NCBI GenBank assembly: GCA_026770705.1
Contig: JANJGN010000023.1
Location: forward strand, 31,434,001 to 31,498,000
Origin: Isurus oxyrinchus
Taxonomy: Eukaryota
Direction: 5' to 3'
DNA: 64,000 nucleotides
Shown here: positions 50,809 through 64,000 of the stretch, piece after piece
Position numbering within the stretch: the stretch's first letter is position 1
How the letters are laid out: each line of letters starts with the position of its first letter
The notes under the pieces: generated by a model
What the model was told of the DNA's origin: nothing
The model's database searches: none
What the model saw: only the letters and a program-made list of their open reading frames with translations
Position numbers and translations under genes: made by a program

Positions 50809-51659
50809 GATCTAAATTTTACACACGGTGGGCGAGCGCGATCGGTGGTTCCGGGAGTGAACAAAGAACAAAGAACAAAGAAAAGTACAGAACAGGAACA
50901 GGCACTTCGGCCCTCCAAGCCTGTGCCAATCACATTGCCCGTCAACTAAAACATTTTGCTCTTCCGGGGTCTGTATCCCTCTATTCCTATCCTATTCATG
51001 TATTTGTCAAGCTGCCTCTTAAACACCAATATTGTACCTGCTTCCACCACCTTCTCTGGCAGCGGATTGGTTGGAAACTGGACCGCTGACCGCGATTTCA
51101 CGTTGGCTGGCCAATTAAAGCCAGACAGCGTAAAGCGCGCGCTGACAAACTCAGCACTGCTGGGGTGATGGTGGGAGGAGGGCGGGTGATGACATTTCCG
51201 CGGGCAGAGAGCTGCCTCAGGGAGCTGCAGACCCGAAAATCAGGAAATAAAGTTTTGAATATCAGGGAACAATGTCCAAGCATCACAATCAGGCACTTGA
51301 TCATATAGATGATAAAAATGCTATCCACAGATTTCTATTTTTATTTTATTTAATAACGGAAACCTCATCCCGCCCTTGGATGAGGTTTGATGAAAAATGT
51401 AAAGGCCGCCTGACCAATTTTTCCGTCCGTCAACCATAAGGTTGGACAGGCCACGAAAAATCAAACAATTGCGCTGTTAATGGGCTTAATTTCCCTCTTA
51501 ATTGTCGGCGACCGCACATCCGACTTTTGCGTGTGCCCGGCAAGCAAAATATCACACGAGCGCGGGAGGACTTCAGGACGCTTGCCTGACATCTTCTTGT
51601 GCAATTTATGCCTGATCGGGTCAGGCGCGTGCCTGCCCGTGGGATGTAAAATTCAGCCC
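50809..51659. mobile_element. Harbinger-like MITE with a nested CR1 3' tail (50859-51063, minus strand, GAACAAA repeats)
   Basis: Ends GATCTAAATTTTACA ... TGTAAAATTCAGCCC; internal palindrome AAACCTCATCC-cgccctt-GGATGAGGTTT at 51361-51389. Confidence 0.75.
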
Positions 51660-51873
51660 GTTGGCTATTTGACCCAAAAGACCCATTCCTTTTTCATTGA
51701 TCATAACTTCCAACTATTTACTTTTCCCAAAAACTCCCTCAATCTATTCACTGTCTAGAGGTCCACCTAGCATTTCCTGAACAATTTGCAATGGGCCAAA
51801 TTTTGTTGTCGCAATAATAGGGAGGTTAATGACACTCACTATTAGAAACATAGGGAAAACTTTTCCTCCCATT

Positions 51874-52341
51874 GGGAGGATTTTACAAGGGGGACGGAGG
51901 TGGGCGTGAATCAATTGGGGCCGCATCACCATTTTTACGTGGGCGGGTCAATTAAGGCCCACCCAGCGTGACGCTCTCCCAGAAGCGCAGAGCACTAAGT
52001 TGGGGCCTGTGCTCTTTCATGCATGCACCATGAGCTGAGACATGTCAATGAATTTTTAAAATAATTTTTATTGAATTTTAAAACATTTCATGAAACCTCA
52101 TCCCGCCTGTTGATGAGGTTTCATGAAAAATGCCTGGGCTCTTTGCCTGCCCACGAACCTTAAGGTTTTAATTAGTTTTTAACAGGCCTTAATAGGCCTT
52201 TGACAGTTCGGCTTTGACAGCCGACTCGGCTGTGCACCCGCTGAATTGGAAATCTAAATGACTCGTGGTGATGTCAGGACACCCGCCCGGCGTCACCGTG
52301 CGTCATTTTACACATCGGCGAGCGGACCCCATCCCCAATCA
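51874..52341. mobile_element. Harbinger-like MITE (internally deleted)
   Basis: GGGAGGATTTT ... GAATACAGCCC; palindrome ttcatgaaacctcatc..gatgaggtttcatgaa. Confidence 0.72.
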
Positions 52342-52909
52342 CCTACTGGAGAATACAGCCCATAGAAACATAGAAACTACGAGCAGGAGTAGGCCATTTG
52401 GCCCTTCAAGCCTGCTCTGCCATTCAATATGATCATGGCTGATCCTCTATCTCAATGCCATATTCCCGCTTTCTCTTGACATACCCCTTGATGCCCCTAA
52501 TATCCAAAAAATTATCAATTTATTTCTTGAATATACTCAGTGACCCAGCCTACACAGCCTTCTGTGGTAGAGAATTCCACAGGTTGATCACCCTCTGAGT
52601 GAAGAAATGTTTCCTCATCTCAGCCCTAAATGGCCTGCCCCGTATCCTGAAACTGTGGCCCATGGTTCTAGACTCCCCAGCCAGGGGAAACATCCTCCCT
52701 GCATCTAGTCTGTTTAGCCCTGTTAGAATTTTATACGTTTCAATCAAATCCCCTCTCATTCTTCTAAACGCTAGTGAATACAGGCCCAGTCGAACGAATC
52801 TCTCCTCATATGACAGTCCTACCAACCCCTGTATGCGCTTAGTTAGCCTTCGCTGCACTCCCTCCATGGCAAGTATATCCTTTCTAAGGTAGGGAGACCA
52901 AAACTGCAC
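52342..52909 (-). mobile_element. CR1 LINE 3' end with an 8-bp tail repeat
   Basis: QFWSPYLRKDILAMEGVQRR..RMRGDLIETYKIL..FFTQRVINLWNSLPQ; tail (CATAGAAA)2 on the plus strand. Confidence 0.92.
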
Positions 52910-53154
52910 TATTATTTATGGGTAAATGATACAGCAACTTCAAATGAGAAGCACATGCATGATCAAATGCATATATCCAAATGCTATCCAAGTTATCCTG
53001 CTCCACTGTTGTTTTTCTAAAAAGGACATCTAGCAGTTTGCCTCAACATTGACATGCACCAAATGTCATGGAACTACACCTACCACAGACCTTTATGGCT
53101 AGTACTTAGAAGTGTATGTATCCTTACAACAATAATGTTAACACAGCAATTGTG

Positions 53155-53605
53155 TGTCAGCTGTTGCTCAGTTGGTACCATTCCCATCTCTGAGTCAGAA
53201 TGTTATTCACATTCCCACCCAGAACTTGAGACAAAAATCAAAGTTATCAATCCAGTGCAGTGGTGAAGCTGTGCTGAACTGTTGGAGGTGCTGTACTTTT
53301 GATGAGATGTGAAATCTAGAGCCTGTCTGTCCTCTAAGGTGGACATAAAAGACCCCATGGCACAATCTTGAAAAAGAGCAGGGGATCCGGCTCTTTATCC
53401 TGGTGTCCTGTGCAATATTTGTCCCTCAATAAACATTGAGAAAAAGGTTATCTGGTCATGATCGCTTTGCTGTTTGAGGGAGTTTGCTGTGTGTAAATTG
53501 GCTGCTTTTGCCCTCAACAGTGACTACACTTCCAAAAAACTTAATTGGCTATAAAGTATGTTGGGATGTCCTGTGGTTGTAAAAAGCATTATATAAATGC
53601 AAGTC
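53155..53605 (+). mobile_element. Deu-domain SINE (SacSINE1/AmnSINE1-like)
   Basis: tRNA-like head followed by ggaggtgctgt..gatgagatgt..aggtggacataaaagaccccatggcac..tcctggtgtcctg, which I recognise as the Deu domain. Ends tatataaatgcaagtc; its pyrimidine tail resumes at 54929. Confidence 0.8.
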
Positions 53606-54924
53606 CGTAGGGGGTGGTGTGTGTCAGCTTCACCTCTGACTTCTGAGCGGTCCGAGCCGCTCCCACCTTGGACTTATTTAGGGGTTGTGACAAAGTGCAG
53701 CAGACAACTAGTTTTGGTGCAAGAAACAAAACTGGGTTTATTGAAGTCATAAATGAATTTATAACATTAGGATTACACTGAGATTATACAGACCTACAAA
53801 GTACACTTAGTTAATAATGGGAAACACATGGCATAATGGGGGGAAATCACGCTACTACACTATTAATCTCCTTACCCTTGTCCTAACCCCAAAACCTAAC
53901 TAAATTGAACTAGGAGAGGTTAAGGATCATGCTCACCAACCCAGGGTTCCTTGACAGTTTGAAATCCAGCCAGGTAAGCCGGTTGCAGTTTTGGGGTACA
54001 CTCCTTGTGTCCTCTGGGGCCTGCCGTCCCCACGTGGTCCTGGTCTGTGGAATCTGCAAAGTTTCTTCAGTTGGGTGGAGGGCACAGCTGTGGGTGGTCG
54101 ATCTTCTTGGAGGGCTGCGGTTGCGGCCTTGTTGCTTTTGGTTGAGCCTGCCACCCCATGCCCCTCGCCGTGATGTTGCCTGCGGGCCTGCAAACCTCCA
54201 GATCTCCCTCCTCCGCTTGGCTCAGCTCCCACTGCTCCAAAACCGCTCACCCTCCTGCTTAAACTCTGCTTCAACCTGTCCAAAACTGCTCACCCTCTGA
54301 AAACTCTGCTTCAACCATTCCAAAACTGCTCACCCTCTGAAAACTCTGCTTCAACCGCTCCAAAACTGCTCACCCCTCAGATCTCCTCCCTTTTGTAACT
54401 GGTGGCCCAGTTATACTGTTTTTTTCGAATTTCTTATCTCAGTCCAAATCAAGGTTAGCTCTTTGTCTGATTTTGGTGGACTTCCTTAGGTGATTGTTGT
54501 CACGTTGTTTTTAATGGGCTCGCAGGATGTTTATCATTGTCTTCCTGTCCCCGTAACTAGTCTTGAACTGAAAGCCATTGTATATGTGGAGTATTGATGG
54601 GTTTGCATAATTGCATTGATTGCTGCCTTCCTGCCTTAGTAGTTAGTCGTGATTATTTATGCAAGATTTTGATGGGCTTTAGTTACGTGTAAGATGAAGT
54701 CTTTCTCTGGGTTGATTGTTTTAAAGGGAAGAATGCATATTCCATCTCCTCTCGTTGTCTGGTTCCAGGCAACAATCCACATTGCACTCAACAAGCCCAA
54801 GCATGTCCATTCCCAGGCCGTCATGGGCTGCAGGGTTCTACACTTAACTCAGCAGTTGGGTCCTCTGCAATAAAAGTCCAAATGTTGATGATATGAAAAA
54901 TGTGGGAATATTGAGAACACTTCA
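53606..54924 (-). mobile_element. Solo LTR (ERV- or Gypsy-type), about 1.3 kb
   Basis: 4-bp TSD AGTC at 53602-53605 and 54925-54928. Ends CG (probably mutated TG) and CA. Minus-strand AATAAA at 53737-53742. Splits the SINE from its tail. Confidence 0.7.
54261..54380. repeat. 40-bp tandem repeat, three copies, inside the LTR
   Basis: AAACTCTGCTTCAACCnntCCAAAACTGCTCACCCTCTGA starting at 54261, 54301 and 54341. Confidence 0.95.
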
Positions 54925-56878
54925 AGTCATTCTTTCTTTAACTATTGCTAATTAACCTCTCTGGCGCTGTCGCTAACGTAGACTCTCATTCATTAAGGTT
55001 TCAAATTTTTTGAGATTTTAAAAATGTCAAATTTGAATTATTCTTTACTTTTCCTTTCTGTCTCTTTCTTTCTCTCTTAATACAATCTTTATTTCCCTTT
55101 CTTTATTTCTGATGCTGTGCCTGATTTGAAAGTGATTTCATCGCTCTAATTCACCTTCCTTCTCCATTCTCCAGCTATCTATTTCCTAATTCTTAAATCT
55201 CAGCGGTTAAAAAGATATCCTGTTGGTTTCCCTGTTCATTCAGGATCGAGATATCCTGTTGCACCCCGTGCCCCCCACGGCGCGGTTATCAGTTCGCCCT
55301 TTCTGCAACTTTATGGGTACTTTCTTTGAGCTGAGTGGGGGCAAGGGCAAGTCTACCTAAAGGTAGATGCCATTAGATGCCCTGCTTCATAAAACAAGCC
55401 CAATGTTTACATCAAAACTTTTTCCTGTAAGGGAAGGATGCCAGGAAAATATAATTACATTCCTAATTTAAGAGAAATTATTTAAACTAAAAGAAGCAAT
55501 GCAGGTTTTAGGGTTAAACACAAAAACAGAAGATAAAAAGACTACTTATTCTGCCTTCTCCCAGTGAAGAAGTCAACTTGAAGAAAATATTGTCTGTTAA
55601 ATGGGTTACTATGAACCTGATCCCCACTCCCAGGGAGAACTGTTCTCTGCTGGAAATGGAGATTAGCGGAATTAGCCCCATAATATTTACAGGAATTAGA
55701 AGTAGGTCAAGATAAAACAAACTGAAGTAAGAAATAGCAAAGGCAGCAATTATTATAGACGTGAGCCAGGACAGATTTATATTAGCTGATTTAATTATTC
55801 CTATGAACTTCGTAATAGCTGGCAGTAATCAAATTTTTATAACTCAATATTAAAGTGTTGGACCTCCTGCTCTGATTTAATGATCTGCTTATATTCAATA
55901 GTCATATAAATGTATTACTCATCCTAAGCATTTAGAATGTCAGCTAGAAGGTTGGCTAATTACAATCCACAAAGCAAAGTTTAAGGTGGAGAAAGGTTAA
56001 CCATCTGAACTTGACTCATTATGTTTTTATTAATACTTACAAGGCTACTGTAAAAGGATATCTCTCAATGATTGGGTACCTGGGCTTGCAAATAATTTTT
56101 AAAGGCTGTCCAAAGTGTTTAACAGGAACGCGCTGCATTCGTCATGAAGCACAGTCCTAATCCTCCTGATTTAAACGTTATGCCTCGATTTTAGAAATAA
56201 CTGTCCTGAATTTGGACTGCTATTTCTTTCATGCTTAAACGCTCTTGCTACTTTTGGGGTTGAGGACTTGGGGGTTGAAAAAAGTTTGATGTTTAAAGTT
56301 TGGAGTCTGTCAGGGGGATTTTCTTTTTGGTTTTTGGTGGTACATAGTTTGAAGTATATATTGTGAAACAAATTGTTAGTCCCTCTGTTTGGGAGTCATG
56401 AAAAAATAAATTAAACACAAGCAGGCCGAAACTCCCTTGAGCAATATTTGAAGTTTCAATAATGTATTAAACTCATTAACATATAAATAATAACATGAGA
56501 ACGAGAATAGCTACTTGATTATTTGAATATTCATGCTGCTCCACATTGTGTACTAAATTGTCTTTTATTTTGCCCACATGCCCCTGATTTTTCCATTATC
56601 AGGGTCAGATGTACAGGTAGGTGAAGTTTGTACTGAGCTAATGATTTCAGCAGTGTTACTTGATGGAGGTACAGGACATGTCCGTATATCACCATCTATT
56701 GCTCTGTTTCCTGCTATCCAAACGTCGATTGAAGGAACTGCAGGCAGCCATTTGAATGGGTGATGACATGATGAAGTTCCATCCACCATCATCCTGAACG
56801 GAGATTTAGGTTTCCCCATTTATTGCATTAGGCAAAATAAGAGTCCTCCTCCAATATAACATTATTCTTCAGAATCAA

Positions 56879-57540
56879 GGCCAGGATTTTTCCTATGGCA
56901 GGCAGGCTTGGCAGGAGTGGGCGGGGGCAGACGCGGAGATGATTAAGGCCTGCCCAGCGTAACACACGGCCGGTAGTACCCAGCGCTACCTGTGCGGGCG
57001 GGGGGGAGGGGGGGAGAGGCGGGGTCAGGCCTCTTTCATGCACATGCGCGAAGGAGTGCAGCAATCTCCCTGAAGCAGCTCCGTGCCTCAGGGAGATTGA
57101 ATGGATATGAAAATAATTAAAGGATCGATTTAAAAATTTATTTGAACATGTCCCCTCATGCGATTGGGTCTCTAGAGCGGGGACATGTTTTTATTTTTAT
57201 GAAAATTAATTAATTTATTTAATAAAAGCTTCAGAAAACCTCATTCTGACCGTGGATGAGGTTTCCTGGAAAACGCAAAGGCCGCTTGGATTTTCCACCT
57301 GCCTGAAAACCTTAAGGTTGGATGGGCAGCGTTCTCAAGTGGCTCAATTGATTTCTTAGTGGCCTGAGTAGGCCATTTAAATTTTGGCGGGCGCACAGCC
57401 GATTCCGGCACCTGCCCGCTGAACGAAATATTGCGATGGCGCTCGATGACTTCGGGACGCACGCCCGACATCATCGTGCGTCATTTTACGCGTCGGCCTG
57501 TAGAGCCCCGCCCCAGCATGCCGACCAGAAAATTCTCCCC
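56879..57540. mobile_element. Harbinger-like MITE, full length
   Basis: GGCCAGGATTTTTC ... GAAATTCTCCCC; colinear with 60436-61076. Confidence 0.8.
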
Positions 57541-57959
57541 CGAGAGAAAAATATATGATTTGTGAAGCCCTTTTTAAAACAGCCGTACAAACAAATGGAC
57601 CAATAAATAGATGTTATAAGCATTACAATTGTCCATCAGAATCATCTGTGATGTTGAAGTATATTGCTGGAATGAAAACATGCTGAGGTGGAGATTCCCC
57701 AGAGACTCCCCTAACCTCTCACTATAAAATCCACAGGGACTCTGGAAAAATGGTTATCCCATTTCTCCGGTCTTTCCAATCATGGTCTGAAAACGTATGG
57801 CGGGAGATTGGGAGAATGTTGTGGAAATTCTACTTCAATGTAAATTTGGAATGTGATTTTAAAAAAAACTTTGCATCTGAAGTAGTTGCAAATTGATGTG
57901 GACCCAGAGGCAGTCAAGGTAAAATGCTTCATAGCAGCTCTTGCTAAAAAAAGAAACTT

Positions 57960-58382
57960 GGGTGGCATTTTATGCTCTTGTCCCCACCCCACCCCCAACC
58001 CCAGAGTGAGCCGGCAGGCAGAGGCATCCTAGCTGTCCGCCAACCCTTAGCCCAATTGAGACCTTGAAGTGGCCAATTAATGGATCTTCCACATCCAGTG
58101 ACAAGACAAGCAGCCCAACAGCAGAGCCCTCTCCCAAGCCAACATGCCGAGCATTGAGGTGCTGATCACTCAAAGCTGGAGATCTGCTGGCCATCCAATT
58201 GGCCATGCATCTCTCGGAGGTGGGGTTTCCTCCAAGATGGGGGTAAAAGTCTTACCCTGAGCCAATTAATGGCCTGATGGTCATAAAATCAGTGCAAGGC
58301 TACCTGGACAAATGGAGGCAGGCTCAACCTTGACATTTCAGCTGGGGGCACAGGGCCACGGATTTTGCATAAAATTCTGGCC
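57960..58382. mobile_element. Harbinger-like MITE, different interior
   Basis: TIRs GGGTGGCATTTTATGC ... GCATAAAATTCTGGCC. Confidence 0.55.
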
Positions 58383-58984
58383 ATTATATGGATTAGCGTG
58401 TGGTGCAATGGGTCAGAGGCTAGGGTTTGCTTTTAAATCCAGGCCAGCCTGATTGAACTGGAAGTTTCCCCACTCTGCTGGCTGTAAGGGTCATCACTGA
58501 CATGGGTTTGGACAGTTTCAATCCAGATTGTAATGGACCTAGTCCTACAGCACAAACTGCCCCAAATCGCACTCAGATGTTGGAAGTGGAAAATGTCACC
58601 CTGGTATAATAAAATTTCTCTTCTGAGATTGGAGAAAACGCATTTTGCTGGGGCAGAGTTGAGGAAACTGAACTCTACATTTGGTTGGCATAACAGCGCG
58701 ACTTTACCACTCATACCGAGTGCATGAAATAGAAAGAACTCTGTTTCCTAAAATGAGAACATCTATCGCCTTGAAACAAAATGAGAAAAGAAGACTGACA
58801 GTTAAGTATTTTATTTATGTTTTTTTCTGTCTCAAAACATTAGCTCCTGCTGAGCTGAAGCCTGGTGAACATGGCATATTACTGGCTGGTCTGTCATTTT
58901 CTCTCTTCTTACTAACAGCACTTGTTGTCACACTTTCCATTTCTAGTTGTGATCAGTGGATGGTGGCAATGCACAAGCATGCGT

Positions 58985-58985
<1 letters not shown>

Positions 58986-59022
<37 letters not shown>

Positions 59023-59460
59023 ACACTCATGCACACCACACCCANNNNNNNNNNNNNNNNNNNNNNNNNNNNNNNNNNNNNNNNNNNNNNNNNNNNNNNN
59101 NNNNNNNNNNNNNNNNNNNNNNNNNNNNNNNNNNNNNNNNNNNNNNNNNNNNNNNNNNNNNNNNNNNNNNNNNNNNNNNNNNNNNNNNNNNNNNNNNNNN
59201 NNNNNNNNNNNNNNNNNNNNNNNNNNNNNNACACACCACACATCCACACACACCACACATCCACACACCCACACACTCACACATGCACACCACACACACA
59301 CGCACACCACACACCCACACCACACTCACACAACACCACAGATACACACCACACACTCACACACGCACACCACACACCCACACATTAACGCACACTCACA
59401 CTCACACGCACACCACACACCCACACACACCACACACACACCACACACCACACAGACAGA
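58986..59460. repeat. CA-rich microsatellite/low-complexity tract spanning an assembly gap
   Basis: (CA)n and CACAC variants on both sides of the N run. Confidence 0.95.
59045..59230. other. Assembly gap (186 N)
   Basis: Run of N. Confidence 1.
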
Positions 59461-59861
59461 CAAACTGTGCTGCCGCCCAATATAACACTAGGGAAGATTA
59501 TCTACTGTATGCCTAATAAAGGCTCAAACATGTACATGTAAAGTATCTGATGATCAACCTCTCTGGAAAGGAAGAGGTAAGCTGAGTCCCTTTGGGGTCT
59601 AGCTGGTTCCAAACAGAGACATATGACAATGGGAAATTTGACTTGAGTCGGTTTTCTGCAGCAGACTTTGTAATGTAATGCTCGAGTTATGGTGGGTATA
59701 CAGCACTCCCGAGCAACGTTAACCAGTCAGCTTAGCTTCTAGAACCTGGAGGTTCAACCTGTCACTACGATCCTTCCCATGTCATTCCAGATGATCCTGC
59801 AAGCCAAGTCCAGGCTGGTAGAGTATCAAAGTCGGACAAGCAACAGGATGTGTTACAATGA

Positions 59862-59990
59862 AAGCAAAATATTGCTTGTGCTGGAAATCTGAAATAAAAA
59901 TAGCAAGTGCTGGCAAAACTCAGCAGGTCTGGCTGCATCTGTGGAGAGAGAAACAGAGTTAACTTTTCAAGTCCAATATGATTCTTCTTC
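59862..59990 (-). mobile_element. Older Penelope-type terminus, degenerate hammerhead core
   Basis: aaactcagcaggtctggctgcatctgtggagagagaaacagagttaac matches the family; the core reads TGAAGA A GAATC..GACTT GAAAA GTT. Confidence 0.65.
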
Positions 59991-60435
59991 ATAAGTTTTA
60001 CAAGTGGTCTGTGCTGGCACATTATGCAGTTTCAGTTAGCTAAAATCCAATAGTAGCCACAGTCACACTTGAGGGACCTCTTTCCTTGCCTGCCTGTACC
60101 TAAATTCATGGTTTAAGTGGGTGGTTTCCCCTGTCATGCCAAGTAAAGACATGTCATATTCATAACTTTACACATGGACTGAGCTCGTATGGAGGCTTCT
60201 GGGACTGTCTGTTATTTGTTTAAAATGGAAACTGATGAACTGTTAAACTGGCTGCCAAGAGGTCAGGTGACTTTTGCTTATTCAACACAGACTATCAAGC
60301 TTCCAGAAAGTTCTCAATTGAATAACTATGGGTGGGGGCCTACCCCTGGCATGGACATACCAAGATGAATATTACCTGTGGAATTCACATCAGCCATTGT
60401 GAAGCTTATTCAAAACAGAGTCAATGAACTCCTAG

Positions 60436-61076
60436 GGGAGAATTTTCTGGGCGCCGCCATTTTACATGGGCGGGCGAATTAAGGCCCGCCCAGTGTGATG
60501 CGCGCCCGGAAGTGCTGAGCACTCCCTGTGCGGGCGGGGCGGGTGCGGGGGAGGTTGCCTGAGTTGGGGAGTGCGTACTTTCACACATGTGCGTGAAAAA
60601 GCACAGAAATCTCCCTGAGGCACAGAGCTGCCTCAGGGAGATTAGCTGAAGTCCTGAAAATTTTAATAAAAGAAAAAAAAAATTAAGACATGTCCCCTCA
60701 TGTGAAAGTGTCACATGAGCTGGGACATGCCTATGAATTAAAATTTTTAATAAAGCTTTAAATACCTTGATGAAACCTCATCCTGCCCTTGGATGAGGTT
60801 CCAGGATAAATGTGAAGGCCGTCTTGGCTCTTCGCCTGCCGCCATCCTTAAGGTTGGATGGGCAGCTCCGTTAAGTGTTTTAATTGATATTTAAATGACC
60901 TTAATAGGCCTTTGACAGTTCAGCGGGCGCGCAGCTGACTTGGGTGCGTGCCCGCCAAAGTGAAAATCTGAATGACGCGCGATGATGTTGGGACACACGC
61001 CCGACATCACTGCGCATCATTTTACACGTCGGTGAGTGGGCCCCACCCCAGCTCACCAACCCGAAAATTCAGGCCC
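60436..61076. mobile_element. Harbinger-like MITE, full length, 3-bp TSD
   Basis: TAG|GGGAGAATTTTC ... GAAAATTCAGGCCC|TAG; internal palindrome aaacctcatcc..ggatgaggtt. Confidence 0.82.
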
Positions 61077-61079
61077 TAG

Positions 61080-61830
61080 ACTCTACCTCTCCAGGTTTGC
61101 AACTCAGCAATGGAAAGCTGTTGAGACCAGTCATCCACCAGTTAAGCATGAAAGATCACAATCTATCTCCTATTTAATATCAAAGGCCTTTTTAGCTTTA
61201 AGCCATCCTGAGTGGACAACGACTGTTGACTGTGTGATTGAAACTGGCTCCTGATACTGAGATCGTTTATTATCCCAAGACCCAGAAGAGACTGCAGAAG
61301 AACATCAACAAGACAGAAGCTGCATAGAAAGGCTGTGCCATCTTGGCCTTTTATGAACCGTCAGTTGTCAACCAATCTGAGAATCGGATTCTGAAATTCT
61401 GCAAGTCATCAAGCAGCCAAAATACTTGACTTGTTCCAGTTTCAAAGTTAATCTAAGACCCAACCTCCTAGATATTCGATTATTAAAAACCTTGCAATCA
61501 GGTATGGGGTCTTCACTTTACAAGGCCCTCACTTCAACTTTAATTCATCAAAACAATTTAAGAAACCACAGACCTGACATGTGGGAGACTGGAAGTCAAA
61601 AATCAGAGACTGAATGAATTATAGTCTGTAAAGGTGCACTACCTTTATCTGTATCCGATCTTCTAGACTGTGTGTGTGTGTACATGTGTGAGGCCAAGTG
61701 TGTGACACTGTTAATTCAGTGTACGTGTGTGAGAATAAATGACTTTTTTTGTTTTAAACTCACAAAAGCTTGGTGCTGAATTATTTAATTGGAAGACACA
61801 GCCCAAGAGTAAGAAATGGCACACCTCTTT
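61080..61830 (+). mobile_element. Probable old LTR remnant
   Basis: A TG-repeat, then AATAAA at ~61734 and a T-rich segment, an arrangement resembling the 3' part of the LTR at 512-1402. Ends not defined. Confidence 0.3.
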
Positions 61831-64000
61831 CCATAGAAATCATGCTCATTACAGGCAGTAAGAGAGCATATATATTCTGCTTGTGACACCTCCATGGACA
61901 TTTTTCACTCCACGTCAGACAAGCAGAAGCTATGTAAGGATTTCTCAGTAGTTTGATGATTCTTAAATACGGTAATGTATATCCACGTGTGTTAGACACC
62001 CTGTTCACCTAAAAAAGCCAAATAGATTGCTTGTGTATTACTAATTAATGACTGTACATTCTCTTATTGTATGAACAGCACTGTCAGAAATATTAAACTT
62101 GTAAATGAAGCTAATGTGCTTTTCTGGCAAGGGACTAATTCCATTAAAGGCCAACTTTGTAATTATTTTTTAATGTGTTGTCAGAATGAGAACTCAGCAG
62201 GCATTTGAGGCAGAGTAATTAGTGGGTCCTGTCTGTCTGTGGCAGGGTGTGAAAGCACTGTTTGAAAATGATTTATGACTGTGTGTTGTATTCAGTAAAT
62301 CTTTGCATTCTTTATGAAGTAGCTGAAATAGCTGAAACCACAACTATGCAATTCATTTGAAAAGGCAAGTCGAAAAAAATTACATTAAGTATTATTTTGG
62401 CATATTTTACTCACAGTCATCCAGGACTATTTCATTTACTTGGCACCCGACACATGTAGTTTGTCAAAGCTAATGGAAATAATATATGTAAAACTGTTAA
62501 TATTTTATAATCTCATTAGATATTATGCCTTTTTTTAATAGAGATAAAGCAAGCACATAGGCTGAAGGATCGTGAACAAATGCTGCAATATAGGGAACAA
62601 TTATTGTTCTGTTTCAATAGATGGCACACTGTCCTGGATCATTAACCACTTGACTTCCTTGGCAATTAAAAATAATTCTATTTCTTATTTTCATTTCAGT
62701 TATTTTTCCTGTTAGCCCCATTGCTTTGACATTAATGTTTATAATACAGTGGCCATGTCCTACCAAGAAGCACAGCATGCTGGGTTCTACACCAGTGCCA
62801 TTTGTCAATGCAACAATAATGCTCCTAAAAAGATGCCAGGGTCTCTGAAATAAACATGTAAACATGATTCTGAAATGTGTTTGCATGAATTCTGTTTCTC
62901 TCAATCAGTGTGTTGGTGCTGCTGATTTCCTGGAAAATATACTTAAAGCTTGTCAGTCAATGACTAATGACTAAATCAGTAGAGTGTTAGTATTGTGAGA
63001 ATTGCAATAGCAACTCAGCATCCAGGTACAACTTCCAAGGCCCATTATCTTTGTCATCGCAAAGCAGCAGCGTTGCCATCTCTGGCTGGACATGTTCTGG
63101 AGGTTTCACCATTTCCAACCTTCCAAGCAAACAGCCTCTTTGCCCAAATATGTTTATAATTGTAAATGACAGGATTAAAAAAAAATAGAAAAAACTCTTT
63201 TTAAAATCACTATGATTTTTCTCCCAGGTTGCTCACAGTGTTGTCCAGGAGATTAATTTATTATCCCTGGAAAGTCCAGGACAATCCTGGAGGCTATTGC
63301 AGAGGGGGGAAGGAAGTCTCTTTTTGTTCTAAGGCAGCACCAGAAGAGAAGGACCCAAATTAAAAAGGGAGGAAGAGTCCTAAAGATTGACAAAACATCT
63401 CTTTACCCTTTATATTTTCTAATATCTCAATTGAAGGCCTGACTGAGTTGAAAGCAGTTAATTAATGGTGGTGGGCCAGGCAAGTAATGGTAGAAAGACA
63501 GGAGGCCTCTGCCAAGGCCCCTCCTTCCATTTGCTGCCTGTCAGGAAATGAACAATGTTGCCTTCTGCAATAGGCTCAATCTTGTCCGTTCCCTGCAGGC
63601 AATTAGGTTAAAATTATCCGCTATGTCAGTAAATCTAATCAGTAAATCCTGAAGTATCATAACTTTAAATTCCTTCAGGAGATTGCATAAATATATTTGT
63701 TGTTATGTACGAGATATAATCAGAAGGTACAGAAAGTTATTTTTTTCCACATAGATAATCAACAGCAAAATTACACTCAGGATTAATGGAAAGCAGGTTT
63801 GTCCACTGATGAGGCATTTTATGATGGTTTGACTTTACAGATATCTTTATCATTTATCATCCAGTAATTGCCTCTTTCCAATATATATAGCAAGGTTAAT
63901 GTAACATTTGTAATATTTCCAGCAACAGACAGGGCCCCCCAGTGAAATATCACAAAGCCAACCATCTTGCGATCAGTTTAAATTGAATGACTTAGAAAAT

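Noticed and set aside
54261-54380. Regular 40-bp repeats as a CRISPR array
   Set aside because: Contiguous tandem units with no unique spacers and no cas genes, inside a eukaryotic LTR.
58681-59516. His/Thr- and Cys/Val-rich ORFs
   Set aside because: Translations of a CA microsatellite and the N gap.

Overview
Eukaryotic, vertebrate genomic DNA, most likely a cartilaginous fish (shark), judged from the repeat families and the neurexophilin sequence. There is one host coding exon: the large terminal exon of a neurexophilin gene (minus strand, 40578-41342). It is NXPH1-like overall but carries NXPH3-type diagnostic residues, and I did not find its signal-peptide exon. Most of the rest is transposable-element debris. 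Retroelements include a full-length degenerate Copia (GalEa-like) element with both LTRs, a tRNA-iMet PBS and a perfect 5-bp TSD; a Gmr1-type Gypsy element (integrase before RT); many CR1-group LINE fragments; a cluster of Tx1-like 3' ends; and solo LTRs. DNA transposons include PIF/Harbinger transposase and Myb remnants plus many related MITEs. Short elements include a Deu-domain SINE, Penelope-type termini carrying minimal hammerhead-ribozyme folds with a non-canonical core, and a tRNA-Thr-derived structured element that occurs as concatemers. There is one 186-N assembly gap. Almost all ORFs in the supplied track are spurious or TE fragments. All calls are by eye; no searches were run.
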